DNA of 64,000 bases, from positions 8,774 through 72,773 of the forward strand of contig MNEL01000018.1 of assembly GCA_001917665.1 (NCBI GenBank), written 5' to 3'. Both the position numbers and the translations under genes were made by a program. Source of the DNA: Gemmatimonadetes bacterium 13_1_40CM_69_22 (lineage in GTDB: Bacteria > Gemmatimonadota > Gemmatimonadetes > Gemmatimonadales > GWC2-71-9). This document shows positions 8,841 through 18,329 of the stretch, one piece after another; position 1 is the stretch's first letter; each line of letters opens with the position of its first letter. The notes beneath the pieces were generated by a model. That model was given only the letters and a program-made list of their open reading frames with translations, ran no database searches and had not been told where the DNA came from.

Positions 8841-9935
8841 TCAGGTGATCTCGCGCGGCGGCGGCTCGACGATCGAGTCGGTCACCTGCAGGCCCTCCAG
8901 CACCTCGATGTTGATGGCGTCGGAGAGGCCGGTCTTGATCCAGCGCTCCTGGGTCTTGCCGGGGCCCGTGCGCACGGTCACGAAGCTCGAGTCATGGCGG
9001 TGGGTGATGAGCCGCTCCGGGATGTAGAGCACGCTGTCCCGGCGCGAAATGGTCACCTCCGCGTTGGCCGAGTAGCCCGCGCGCAGCGTGGCGCCTGCCA
9101 CCTCCGTCAGGACGATCTCGATCGGAAAGACCGTCGCCTGCTCCTGCTTGTGCGCCTTGAGCCAGATCTTCTCGAGCCGGCCCTGCACGCTCGCGTTGGG
9201 CAGGGCGCCGATCTTGATGGTTGCCGGCATGCCCTCCTTCAGCCGACCCACGTCGATCTCGTCCACAGTTCCCCGGAAGATCAAGTCCCGCATCGCCGCC
9301 ATGCGCATCAGCACGGTGCCTGCCTGGTACGGCGTGAGCGGCACCACGGGGTCGCCGATCTCGATCGAGTCCTCGAGGATGTAACCGTCGATGGGGGCGC
9401 GGACCACGGTCTCCACCGGCTTGCCGTTGGCCAGCACCGTGCCCCCTTCCTGTAACGCCAGCCGCTCTTGCGCCAGCGACAGTTGCGAGCGCGCCTCGTC
9501 TACCTGCCGCTGCGCGGTCTCGAGATCGGCGGGGGAAATCAGGTTCTTGTTGCGCAGCTCCTGCTGGCGGGTCAACTCGCGCTCCACGTTCTTGAGCTCG
9601 ATCTCGCGCAGCTCCACGCTGCGCCGGAGCTCCACCATTTCCAGCGGCGTCGGGTTGGGTGAGATCTCAAGCAGCGGCTGGCCCCGCTTGACGAAGTCCC
9701 CGACTGCGGCGAAGCGCCGCCGCACCACTCCGGCCAAGATGGATTTGACGCTGACCTCGATGCGGGGCTCGATGGTGCCGACGGCGAGGGCCTTATCGAC
9801 CAGGGACCCGCGGACGACCGCCACCGCTTTCGGCCCTTCCTTCTTCTTGCCGCCGAACCTTCCGGTGGCGGCCATGGTGCCCAGGCCGAGGACGGCGACC
9901 ACGACGGCAGAGATGATGATCGTACGGCGCTTCAT
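8841..9935 (-). CDS. periplasmic adaptor (HlyD/MacA-type membrane fusion protein)
   Basis: 364 aa. N-terminal TM anchor, coiled-coil hairpin (ELKNVERELTRQQELRNK..LETAQRQVDEARSQLSLAQERL) and beta-barrel domains. Confidence 0.85.
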   Translation of the reverse strand: MKRRTIIISAVVVAVLGLGTMAATGRFGGKKKEGPKAVAVVRGSLVDKALAVGTIEPRIEVSVKSILAGVVRRRFAAVGDFVKRGQPLLEISPNPTPLEMVELRRSVELREIELKNVERELTRQQELRNKNLISPADLETAQRQVDEARSQLSLAQERLALQEGGTVLANGKPVETVVRAPIDGYILEDSIEIGDPVVPLTPYQAGTVLMRMAAMRDLIFRGTVDEIDVGRLKEGMPATIKIGALPNASVQGRLEKIWLKAHKQEQATVFPIEIVLTEVAGATLRAGYSANAEVTISRRDSVLYIPERLITHRHDSSFVTVRTGPGKTQERWIKTGLSDAINIEVLEGLQVTDSIVEPPPREIT

Positions 9936-10026
9936 CTCGGGGCGGCTCCGGGCAGGTGTGTAAGGACGGGGTTAGTCTACTCTACGGGGCCTGGTGCCGA
10001 TTGGTTCCGGCAGGGAGGCTTGGCGC

Positions 10027-11247
10027 TCATGCCTGTGCCGCCCGCTCCAGCTTCTCGAAAAACCGCTCGATCGCCGGCCATTGCGTCTTGACGTCCTCGT
10101 AGCCGACGTCCACCAGGCGCGACGTGTGCGCGGGATGAAACAGGAGGAAGCTGAGGAACTCCGCGGCCGCGTCCCGGTGTCCGCCCACCGCGCGGATGAC
10201 CCGGCGCACGCCAGGGGGCAAAAGCTGGCCCTGCCCCGCGGCGAGGTAGCCCAGATCTCGCGTCGGGTGGAGCAGCAGCAGCTCGACCGGCCGCAGGCCG
10301 TCGGGCGGGGGGGTGTCCAGCGGCAGCGCGGCGAGCAACCGATTCACGCGCTCCAATCGCTCGGCGTCGGCCGCGAGGGCGTCGAGGAAGATGGCGTCGA
10401 ATAGGAGACCCATCGCTTCCGCCGCGCTGGGGTAATCCGCGGCGCGCGCGGAGGACGCGGCCGTGCGCGGCGTGGCCAGGCCGATGGCGACGACCGCTCG
10501 GGCGCCGAGGTGCAGGGCGGGTGCCAGGGGCGCCATTTGGCGCACGCTGCCGTCCCCGTAGAACTCGTCGCCGATGCGCACGGCCGGAAACACAAGGGGG
10601 AGAGCCGCGGACGCCATCACGTGGTCGAGCATGAGCTGCGTACGCACCGCGATGCGCTGCACTCGCTCCCAAACAGGCGTGTCGGCCGTTCCCTGTACAA
10701 ACGTCACGGAGCGGCCGGTCGTGTAGGACGTGGCGCTCAAAGCAGCCGCCCTAAGCCGTCGGTTGGCGATATTGGCGCCGATGCCGCGCACATCCACGCA
10801 CCGCGTCAGGAACTCTCGCAGCGGCTGCGTATCGGTCAGGCCGCGCACCGCCACGGGATCGCGCCGCCGCCCGATAGCGCCCTGCCACGCCCAGCGCAAT
10901 GCCGAGCGTACGAGTCGGATCGAGCGCACACGGTAGACCGCGTCGCTCGTGAGGCGGCCCCATTCGCTCCGCAAGCCGGCGACGGCAGCGGGCAGCGGGC
11001 CCGTGTGGGCAGCCAGGTAGATCGTGTTGATGGCTCCAACCGACATGCCGGTGAGGATCGGAAACTCAAGCCCCGGCAGGCGCTCCGCGAGGCCGGCGAG
11101 CACGCCCACCTGATAGGCGCCGCGGGCGCCGCCGCCCGAAAGGACCAGCGCGAGGTGCGACGAGTAGCGCCACGTGCCGGGCGGGCGCTCGCCCGGCGAC
11201 GTCAGGGTGAGGGGGCGCTGCGACGGGATGTGACGAACCGGACTCAC
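10027..11247 (-). CDS. patatin-like phospholipase
   Basis: Oxyanion motif LVLSGGGARGAYQVGVL, nucleophile elbow GMSVGAIN and a later DG dyad (YGDGSV). Confidence 0.85.
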   Translation of the reverse strand: MSPVRHIPSQRPLTLTSPGERPPGTWRYSSHLALVLSGGGARGAYQVGVLAGLAERLPGLEFPILTGMSVGAINTIYLAAHTGPLPAAVAGLRSEWGRLTSDAVYRVRSIRLVRSALRWAWQGAIGRRRDPVAVRGLTDTQPLREFLTRCVDVRGIGANIANRRLRAAALSATSYTTGRSVTFVQGTADTPVWERVQRIAVRTQLMLDHVMASAALPLVFPAVRIGDEFYGDGSVRQMAPLAPALHLGARAVVAIGLATPRTAASSARAADYPSAAEAMGLLFDAIFLDALAADAERLERVNRLLAALPLDTPPPDGLRPVELLLLHPTRDLGYLAAGQGQLLPPGVRRVIRAVGGHRDAAAEFLSFLLFHPAHTSRLVDVGYEDVKTQWPAIERFFEKLERAAQA

Positions 11248-11272
11248 GGCCCGTTGCTCCAGACCGAAGGCG

Positions 11273-13384
11273 TTAGTCCGCCGCCTGCCGCTCCGGCGGC
11301 GGCTCCTCGTCGGCGAGCAGCCGGAACGACTTCACCGCGCCGGTCAGCTTGTCCGCCGCCTCGGCGAGCTGGTTCGCCGACGACGCGATCTCCTGGGTCG
11401 AGGCGCTCTGCTCCTCGCTCGACGCCGCGATCTCCTCCGCCGCGGCGAGCAGGCTCTCCGTCTCGTGGGTTACCGTGGCGAGGCGCGCGCTGATCTCCTC
11501 GACAAGCGCCCGCATCTCCTCGGCGGACCGCGCGATCTCCCGGCTCCAGATGTCGCTCGCCTGGGCCTCCGCGGCCACCGTCGCGAGGCCCTGCGCGGCG
11601 GCCTGTGCGGCTTCGCGCGCCGCGGCGCCCCCCTGGGCGAGGTGCGCGAGCCGCTCCCGGGTCGCCTCGACCCGGGCCAGCACGCCGCGCACCGTATCCC
11701 CCGTGTCTCCCGCCGCCGCCGCCGCCACCGAGGCGAGCTTCCGCACTTCGTCCGCCACCACGGCGAAGCCGCGCCCCTGCGGGCCGGCGCGCGCCGCCTC
11801 GATCGCGGCGTTCAAGGCGAGCATGTTGGTTTGCGTCGCGATCGCCTTCGTCTGGGTCACGAACTTCTGGATTTCGCTCGACGCCTGAGCGAGCGCCGCC
11901 GCTTCTTTCGAGCCCCGCTCCACTTCTTCGGCCAGCTTGGCAAGCTGCGCGGTGCTCTGATCGAGCACCTCCTTGTGCCGCCGGGCCAGGTCCGCGACGG
12001 CGGTGTTGCGCCGCACCGAGTCTTCCGCCCCCGCCGCGAGCGCCGTGGCGATGTGGAGGATCTTGGCCGCATCGTCCGCCGCGGCGCGTACCAGCTGTGC
12101 CTGATCCGCCGCGCGCCTGGTGAGGTCCTGGCAAGTCGCCGTCATCTCCTCGGTCGAGGCGCTCATCTCTTCGGTCGACGACGAGATCTCCGTCGCCATC
12201 GCCGCCGCCTCGTCGGCGGCCGTGCGGATCGCGCCCACCAGCCGCCGCAGCGCCACGACCATCGTGTGGACCGAGGAGAGGAGATCGCCCACCTCGGCCG
12301 CTTCGGTGCGCTGGGTCACGACCGTGACGGAGAGGTCGCCGCCCGCCACGCGGCTCGCGATCGCACCCGCCGCCTTCACCGGCTCGGTGATCCGCTTGTT
12401 GAGGCGATGGCGGAAGAACGCCAGGAGGCCCACTGTCGCGCCGAACAGGAGCAGCGCCCACAGGAAGATGCTCGCCCGGGTGCCGCGCGCCCCCGCGTAC
12501 GCGGTGGCCGTCGGCTGCCGGAACACGACCCACCACGTGCCGTTGTTCGTCGGCACGGTGACAACGAGGTCTTCCGTCCTGCCCGTCCGCAGCGTCGTGC
12601 GGGCGGGCAGCTCCGTGCGCGGCACCGCCGCCGCGTCCGGGAGCGTGTGCAGCAGCTCGCCCTGATTCGCGCTCACGATCACGCGTCCCCTGCCGTCCAC
12701 CACCTGGAGTCGGCCCCCGCTGACCTCGGCCGCCACGAGCAGGCGCGACAGGCGGTCCAGAGCGAACACGGTCTTGAGCACGCCCACCGGCCGCGTCGCC
12801 CGGGGCGCGCGGATCGCGACGTCGTACTCGAGCGACAGCACGGCCGCCGAGGAATCATACTGCGGGGCGCCTTCGAACAGGCCGTCCGCCATTGCCCGCT
12901 GCCACCACGCTTCGTCGGACTGCACGAAGTCCGACGTCCGGCCCGAGGAGAGCACGGTGTAGCCGTGGCGCTCGGTGAAGAACAGCTCGGCGTAGTCGGA
13001 GTGCTGGGGGTATCCGCTCAGGTACGCCGCGAGGTCGGCGTCCCCGCCGAGCGCCCGGCGCTGGGTGAACATCTGCTCGAGGGTGGGGATGTCGAGCGGC
13101 GGCAGCTTCTCCTTGGCGGCCTGCTGGGCGGCCTCGATCGCGGCCCGGACCACGGCCGGAGATGCGGCCAGCGCCTCGGCCTCGTGCCGGCGCTCCCGCA
13201 GGTACTGGTCGACGAGCGTCCCGACCCGCATCGCCGCGACCTGGCCCAGGTCATTCGCCTGCCGCTCCGCCGTGCGCTGGGCGCTGTTGCCCGACAGCGT
13301 CGCGAACGCGATCACCAGCACCAGGGCGACGCCGGCCCCCGTGACGAGGAAGCTCTGCCGGAGCTGCGGGGTGCGGCTGGCCAT
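11273..13384 (-). CDS. methyl-accepting chemotaxis protein with periplasmic Cache-like sensor and HAMP
   Basis: 703 aa. Two TM helices flank a sensor domain of about 270 aa. Highly conserved signalling hairpin [31 protein letters not shown]. Confidence 0.9.
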   Translation of the reverse strand: MASRTPQLRQSFLVTGAGVALVLVIAFATLSGNSAQRTAERQANDLGQVAAMRVGTLVDQYLRERRHEAEALAASPAVVRAAIEAAQQAAKEKLPPLDIPTLEQMFTQRRALGGDADLAAYLSGYPQHSDYAELFFTERHGYTVLSSGRTSDFVQSDEAWWQRAMADGLFEGAPQYDSSAAVLSLEYDVAIRAPRATRPVGVLKTVFALDRLSRLLVAAEVSGGRLQVVDGRGRVIVSANQGELLHTLPDAAAVPRTELPARTTLRTGRTEDLVVTVPTNNGTWWVVFRQPTATAYAGARGTRASIFLWALLLFGATVGLLAFFRHRLNKRITEPVKAAGAIASRVAGGDLSVTVVTQRTEAAEVGDLLSSVHTMVVALRRLVGAIRTAADEAAAMATEISSSTEEMSASTEEMTATCQDLTRRAADQAQLVRAAADDAAKILHIATALAAGAEDSVRRNTAVADLARRHKEVLDQSTAQLAKLAEEVERGSKEAAALAQASSEIQKFVTQTKAIATQTNMLALNAAIEAARAGPQGRGFAVVADEVRKLASVAAAAAGDTGDTVRGVLARVEATRERLAHLAQGGAAAREAAQAAAQGLATVAAEAQASDIWSREIARSAEEMRALVEEISARLATVTHETESLLAAAEEIAASSEEQSASTQEIASSANQLAEAADKLTGAVKSFRLLADEEPPPERQAAD

Positions 13385-13455
13385 GTCGTAAGGGTTGGAG
13401 CGCTAAGGTACGCAGGGTTACCCCCAGGGGCAAGTCTGTTTAATTTCATGGACTT

Positions 13456-15876
13456 ATGACCCAGGTGCCGAGTTACGACCCGCAGGCGGTCGAGGCGCGG
13501 TGGCAAGCGCGTTGGGCTGCTGATCACACCAACGAGCCCGACCTCGACCGGCCGCGTCGGCCGTTCTACAACCTCATGATGTTTCCCTATCCCTCCGCGG
13601 AAGGGTTACACGTGGGGAACATGTTCGCGTTCACCGGCGCGGATATTTACGGCCGGTTCCGCCGGCTCCAGGGCCACGACGTGTTCGAGCCGATCGGGTT
13701 CGACGCGTTCGGCATCCACTCGGAGAACTACGCGCTCGCGGTCGGCACGCACCCGGCCAAGCTCATTCCCCAAAACATCGCAACGTTCCGCCGCCAGCTC
13801 ACGCGGTTCGGCGGCATGTTCGACTGGCGCCAGGAGCTGTCCACCACGGACCCCCGCTATTACAAGTGGACGCAGTGGATCTTCGTCCAGCTCTTCAAAG
13901 CGGGCATCGCGTTCCGGAAGAAGGCGGCGGTCAACTGGTGTCCGAAGGACATGAGCGTCGTCGCGAACGAGCAGGTGATCAACGGCTACTGCGAGCGCCA
14001 TCCCGACACCAAGGTCGAGCAGCGGTTCCTCGAGCAGTGGTTCTTCGCGATCACCCGCTACGCCGGGCGGCTGCTCAAGAATCTCGACCGGCTCGATTGG
14101 TCGGATTCGACCCGGACGCTGCAGCACAACTGGATCGGGCGGAGCGAGGGCGCGGAGCTCGTGTTCGAGACGCCCGCCGGGCAGCAGATCACCGTCTTCA
14201 CCACGCGGTCCGACACCGTGTTCGGCGCGACCTACATGGTGCTCGCGCCCGAGCATCCGCTGGTCGACGCCCTCACCGCCGACGAGCAGCGCCGCACGGT
14301 CAATGCCTACCGCCGCGAGGTGCAGGCGAAAGACGTCGTGTCGCGCAAGGTGGGAGAGAAGGCCAAGACCGGGGTGTTCCTCGGCTCGTACGCGCGTAAC
14401 CCGGCGACCGGCGAGGCGATCCCCGTGTGGGTCGCAGACTACGTGCTCATGGAATACGGCACCGGGGCGATCATGGCCGTGCCGGCGCACGATCGGCGCG
14501 ACTTCGAGTTCGCGACCGCCTTTAAGCTTCCGATCCGCCCAGTGGTCCGCGCTGAGGGGGGGGGCCCGCTGCCGACCGTCACCGATGACGGCGTGCTCAT
14601 GAACTCGGGCGAATTCGACGGGCTGTCCTGCCGGGAAGGGGGCCGCAGGATCGTCGCCTGGCTGCAATCCAAGGGGCTCGCGACCCCACAGGTGCAATAC
14701 CGCCTGCACGACTGGTGCATCTCGCGCCAGCGCTACTGGGGCCCGCCGATCCCGATCATCTACTGCGACCGCTGCGGCCCGGTGGCCGTGCCGGAGCGGG
14801 ATCTGCCGGTGGAGCTCCCCTTCATCGAGGACTTCCGGCCGGACGCGAGCGGCGTGAGCCCGCTGGCGCGGCACAAGGAGTGGTACTTTGTGAATTGCCC
14901 GCAGTGCGGGGCCACAGGGCGCCGTGAGACGGACGTCTCGGATACGTTCCTCGACTCGGCGTGGTACTTCCTGCGGTACCCATCCACCGAGTTCGACGAC
15001 CGGCCGTGGGACCCGGCGCGCACGAAGACGTGGCTCCCGGTCACGACTTACATCGGCGGGAATGAGCACGCCGTGCTCCATCTCCTCTATTCGCGCTTCG
15101 TCACCATGGCGTTGCAGGAGCTCGGACACGTGCATTTCGACGAGCCGTTCCCAAAGCTCCGGGCGCACGGGCTGATCATCAAGGACGGCGCGAAGATGTC
15201 GAAGTCGCGCGGCAACGTCGTGATCCCCGACGCCTACATCCAGCAGTGGGGCGCGGACACCTTCCGGATGTACCTCATGTTCCTCGGCCCCTTCCCGGAG
15301 GGCGGCGATTTTCGCGAGACCGGCATCATCGGCATCCGTCGGTTCCTGGACAAGGTGTGGCAGCTGGCGCACGAGGCCGTGACACTGACCCCGGGCGCAA
15401 GCCCGGGGTTGCCCCCGGAGGTCGAGCGCAAGCTGCACCAGACCATTCGCAAGGTGACCGTCGATACCGAGACGCTCAACTACAACACGGCGATCGCGGC
15501 CATGATGGAGTACGTGAATCTGGTGAGGGAGCGGGGAGCAGGGAGCCGGCAGGCAATGGCGCCGTTACTCGTCATGCTCGCTCCGTACGCGCCCCATCTT
15601 GCCGAGGAGCTTTGGGGGGTGTTTGGGCACGAGCGGTCGATCTTCACGGCGGCCTGGCCGACCTACGACGAGAAGCTCGCGGCCGCAGGCGACGTGGAGA
15701 TCGTGGTGCAGGTGAACGGTAAGGTGCGCGGGCGACTCACGGTCTCGCGCGGCGCAACCGAGGCACAGGTCGTCGCGCTCGCGATGAAAGACGAGTCGGT
15801 CAGGAAGTTCGTAGACGGCAAGCCGGTCCGGAAGACGGTCTACGTGCAGGATCGACTGCTGAACTTCGTCTTATAG
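13456..15876 (+). CDS. leuS: leucine--tRNA ligase
   Basis: 806 aa. Class I HIGH-type region (PYPSAEGLHVGN), KMSKS loop (KMSKSRGN) and LeuRS-typical editing-domain sequence. Confidence 0.97.
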   Translation: MTQVPSYDPQAVEARWQARWAADHTNEPDLDRPRRPFYNLMMFPYPSAEGLHVGNMFAFTGADIYGRFRRLQGHDVFEPIGFDAFGIHSENYALAVGTHPAKLIPQNIATFRRQLTRFGGMFDWRQELSTTDPRYYKWTQWIFVQLFKAGIAFRKKAAVNWCPKDMSVVANEQVINGYCERHPDTKVEQRFLEQWFFAITRYAGRLLKNLDRLDWSDSTRTLQHNWIGRSEGAELVFETPAGQQITVFTTRSDTVFGATYMVLAPEHPLVDALTADEQRRTVNAYRREVQAKDVVSRKVGEKAKTGVFLGSYARNPATGEAIPVWVADYVLMEYGTGAIMAVPAHDRRDFEFATAFKLPIRPVVRAEGGGPLPTVTDDGVLMNSGEFDGLSCREGGRRIVAWLQSKGLATPQVQYRLHDWCISRQRYWGPPIPIIYCDRCGPVAVPERDLPVELPFIEDFRPDASGVSPLARHKEWYFVNCPQCGATGRRETDVSDTFLDSAWYFLRYPSTEFDDRPWDPARTKTWLPVTTYIGGNEHAVLHLLYSRFVTMALQELGHVHFDEPFPKLRAHGLIIKDGAKMSKSRGNVVIPDAYIQQWGADTFRMYLMFLGPFPEGGDFRETGIIGIRRFLDKVWQLAHEAVTLTPGASPGLPPEVERKLHQTIRKVTVDTETLNYNTAIAAMMEYVNLVRERGAGSRQAMAPLLVMLAPYAPHLAEELWGVFGHERSIFTAAWPTYDEKLAAAGDVEIVVQVNGKVRGRLTVSRGATEAQVVALAMKDESVRKFVDGKPVRKTVYVQDRLLNFVL

Positions 15877-16992
15877 GACGTTCGCGACAAAGTTTCCGAC
15901 CAAGTACCCGACGGCCGCCACGCCCAGTCCGACCACGAACATGTCGATGCCACTGCGGATCACGCCGCGGCCGGTGAAGAAGCTGCGCGCGCCGCCGACC
16001 GCGAAGTGCGACAACATCGCGATCGCGAATGCAATCCAGGCCGCCGTCCGCCCGTTGAACAGTAGAAACGGCGCCACCGGGATGAGCGCGCCGACCGCCG
16101 TGGATGCGCCGGTGACCCAGCCTTCCTTGAACGGCGTGGCGTGCGCTTCGCCGATCTTCAGCTCCTCGCGCACCTGCTCGCCCAGGGCCCGTTGCGGGTC
16201 GCGCATCACCGCGACTGCCATCTGGCGCGCGATCCCGGGCTCCATGCCCTTCGCCTGGTAGACCAGCGCCAACTCGTCTTGCTCCACGTCGGGCATCAGC
16301 CGGATCTCTTCCTTCTCCATCGCGATCTCGTGCGCGTAGACCTCTTGCTCGCTCTTGGCAGCGAGGTAGCCCGACGCGCCCATCGAGAGCGCGTCCGCGA
16401 TCATCCCCGCGAGCCCCGAGACCAGGACGATGTGCGGCGCCGCTGCCGCGCCCAGCACGCCGGCCACCAGGCCAAAGTTCGCGGTCAAGCCGTCGTTGAA
16501 GCCGTATACCACGTTGCGGAGGTAGCCGCCGGACTCGGTGCGGTGCCACGGCTCGCTCGTCTTCCCGGCGATCCCCGCCAGCGTTTCAGCATGCGCCGCG
16601 GATTCCTTGGCGAGCTTGAGCGAGATGTCCCGGGCATCGTCCAGGCGGGACTCCTTGTGGAGGTCCATATAGCCCTTGACCTCCTGCCCCTCCTCTCGCA
16701 GCAGCAGCGGCAGTAGGTACCCGGGCCCGAAGCGACGCCCGAACCACGCCCGCAGCCGCGCATTGAGGGTGGGTCGCGCCCGCTCGGCCGCGATCGGATG
16801 GCCGTGCTCGGCGAGCAGCTTTTCCCACAGCTGCGTGTGCCGCTCCTCCACACCGGCGAGCTTGATGTAGATCTCCTTCTTCTTCTGGTCCGGCTCCTGA
16901 CCCGCCAGCACCAGGTACAGGTAGGCGGCGTCGTACTCGTCCTGCCAGTGGTGCAGCCAGTTGTGCACGGTAGCGTTGTCGAGATCGGGCAT
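15871..16992 (-). CDS. VIT1/CCC1-family iron/manganese transporter with N-terminal ferritin-like domain
   Basis: ORF 15871..17025 trimmed to MPDLDNATVHNW. Ferritin-like helices (EYDAAYLYLVLA, EERHTQLWEKLL) followed by the VIT1 hallmark VVYGFNDGLTANFGLVAGVLGA. Confidence 0.8.
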   Translation of the reverse strand: MPDLDNATVHNWLHHWQDEYDAAYLYLVLAGQEPDQKKKEIYIKLAGVEERHTQLWEKLLAEHGHPIAAERARPTLNARLRAWFGRRFGPGYLLPLLLREEGQEVKGYMDLHKESRLDDARDISLKLAKESAAHAETLAGIAGKTSEPWHRTESGGYLRNVVYGFNDGLTANFGLVAGVLGAAAAPHIVLVSGLAGMIADALSMGASGYLAAKSEQEVYAHEIAMEKEEIRLMPDVEQDELALVYQAKGMEPGIARQMAVAVMRDPQRALGEQVREELKIGEAHATPFKEGWVTGASTAVGALIPVAPFLLFNGRTAAWIAFAIAMLSHFAVGGARSFFTGRGVIRSGIDMFVVGLGVAAVGYLVGNFVANVL

Positions 16993-17072
16993 GCTGGAAG
17001 ATAGCCGCAACTTGCAGGATGGCAATCGGTTAGACTGCGTTTCACTACAGCGTCACACACAGACGTAGCACG

Positions 17073-17115
17073 ACGCCGTCGCGCGACGGCGTATGCGCGA
17101 CGCCTTTGCGCGACG
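17073..17115. promoter_or_regulatory. 20-bp perfect palindrome plus three direct GCGCGACG repeats in the VIT1/ECF-sigma divergent intergenic region
   Basis: ACGCCGTCGCGCGACGGCGT (17073-17092). GCGCGACG at 17081, 17095 and 17108 (spacing 14 and 13 nt). Confidence 0.5.
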
Positions 17116-17150
17116 TATTGCGTACTCGACGCATCTTAGGTTTTTAGGAG

Positions 17151-17726
17151 ATGACCATCTCGCTCGCCGTCCCCGACATCCTCGTCGCGCGCGCCCGTGC
17201 GGGCGATCTGGAGGCGCTGGAAGCGCTCTACCGGGCGTTCGAGACGCCCGTGTACAACCTGGCGCTCCGCATGCTGCGCACGCCGGAGGATGCGGAGGAC
17301 GTGTTGCAGGAGACGTTCCTCGAGGTAGTGCGGAGCATCAAGCAGTACCGGGGCGAGGGGCATCTGTGGGGCTGGATCAAGCGCATCGCGGCCTCCAAGG
17401 CGCTGATGCGGATCCGCCGCAATCAGGTGCGAGCGACCGAAGAGCTGGACGAGGAGTCGACGGGGCGGCAGGTAGCGTACGCGGGGCCGGAGCACACGCG
17501 GTCGGGCTCGGTGGCTGGCGTGCCAGCTCGCATCGACCTGGAACGGGCCTTCGAACAGCTGAGCGAGACGTCACGCTCGGTAGTGTGGCTGCACGACGTC
17601 GAGGGCTACACGCACGAGGAGATCGCGGAGCTGATGGGCAAGACGGTGAGCTTTTCGAAGTCGCAGCTGGCGCGCGCGCACGCGCGGCTGCGGCGGATGC
17701 TGGACGCGGAAGGAGCAGCACGATGA
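17151..17726 (+). CDS. ECF-type RNA polymerase sigma-70 factor
   Basis: 191 aa. Region 2 (ALEALYRAFETPVYNLALRMLRTPEDAEDVLQETFLEV) and region 4 HTH (YTHEEIAELMGKTVSFSKSQLARA). AGGAG sits 6 nt upstream of the ATG. Confidence 0.9.
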   Translation: MTISLAVPDILVARARAGDLEALEALYRAFETPVYNLALRMLRTPEDAEDVLQETFLEVVRSIKQYRGEGHLWGWIKRIAASKALMRIRRNQVRATEELDEESTGRQVAYAGPEHTRSGSVAGVPARIDLERAFEQLSETSRSVVWLHDVEGYTHEEIAELMGKTVSFSKSQLARAHARLRRMLDAEGAAR

Positions 17727-18307
17727 TGCATTGCACGATGGATGACCTGCTGGCCCTCAAGGAAAACGAGGCGTCGGCCTGGGCAAAACAGCACTTCGAG
17801 ACGTGCCCGGCGTGCCGGGCCGAGCTCGAGGCGCTGTACCAGCGCATCGCGGCGCTCAAGGCGTTGCCGGTACACCGGCCGGCCCGGGACCGGTGGCCGG
17901 CGGTGCGCGACGCGCTCCGGGTCGACCAGCGCCGCCGCCGGCGGCGGTGGGGGGCGTGGAGCCTGTCTGCGGCGGCGGGAATCGCGCTGCTGCTCTTGAT
18001 CCGGCCGGGCCCGGGCGGGCGCGTCGACGCCGCCGAGCTCGAGCGGATGAAGCAGCAGTCGGCGACGCTCGAAGCGGAGCTCGAGCGCTACGACCCCGAC
18101 GCGCGGGTTACGAGCGGCCGCACGGCGGCGCTCGCGGCCGCGCTGGAAGATCGCATTGCCGTCATCGACGGCGAGCTGGCGCAGGTGGGGACGCCTCCAG
18201 CCCCCGTGCGCCGCGCCGAACTCATGAAACTGTGGCAGGAGCGGGTGGACGCGATGCAGCAGCTCATGACCGTTCACGTCACTCGCGCCGCTTACGTGGG
18301 GCTCTGA
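17723..18307 (+). CDS. anti-sigma factor (zf-HC2 type), single-pass membrane protein
   Basis: ATG overlaps the sigma stop (ATGA). Contains HFETCPACRAELEAL, a TM helix WGAWSLSAAAGIALLLLI and a coiled-coil C-terminal domain. Confidence 0.7.
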   Translation: MMHCTMDDLLALKENEASAWAKQHFETCPACRAELEALYQRIAALKALPVHRPARDRWPAVRDALRVDQRRRRRRWGAWSLSAAAGIALLLLIRPGPGGRVDAAELERMKQQSATLEAELERYDPDARVTSGRTAALAAALEDRIAVIDGELAQVGTPPAPVRRAELMKLWQERVDAMQQLMTVHVTRAAYVGL

Positions 18308-18329
18308 CGCCCCGAAGGAGCATCTGGTT

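Noticed and set aside
10027-11247. Patatin phospholipase as a CBASS or other anti-phage effector
   Set aside because: No cyclase, nucleotidyltransferase, sensor or other defence genes are adjacent. The neighbours are an MCP and an efflux operon, which looks like a housekeeping lipase.
11244-13459. Several long ORFs (430 aa minus strand, 664 aa plus strand) overlapping the MCP gene
   Set aside because: Alternative or antisense frames of the MCP gene. Only the 703-aa frame contains HAMP and the conserved signalling hairpin.
13606-15438. 610-aa ORF on the minus strand
   Set aside because: Entirely antisense to leuS. Arg/Pro/Gly/Val-rich shadow frame typical of high-GC DNA, with no recognisable motifs.
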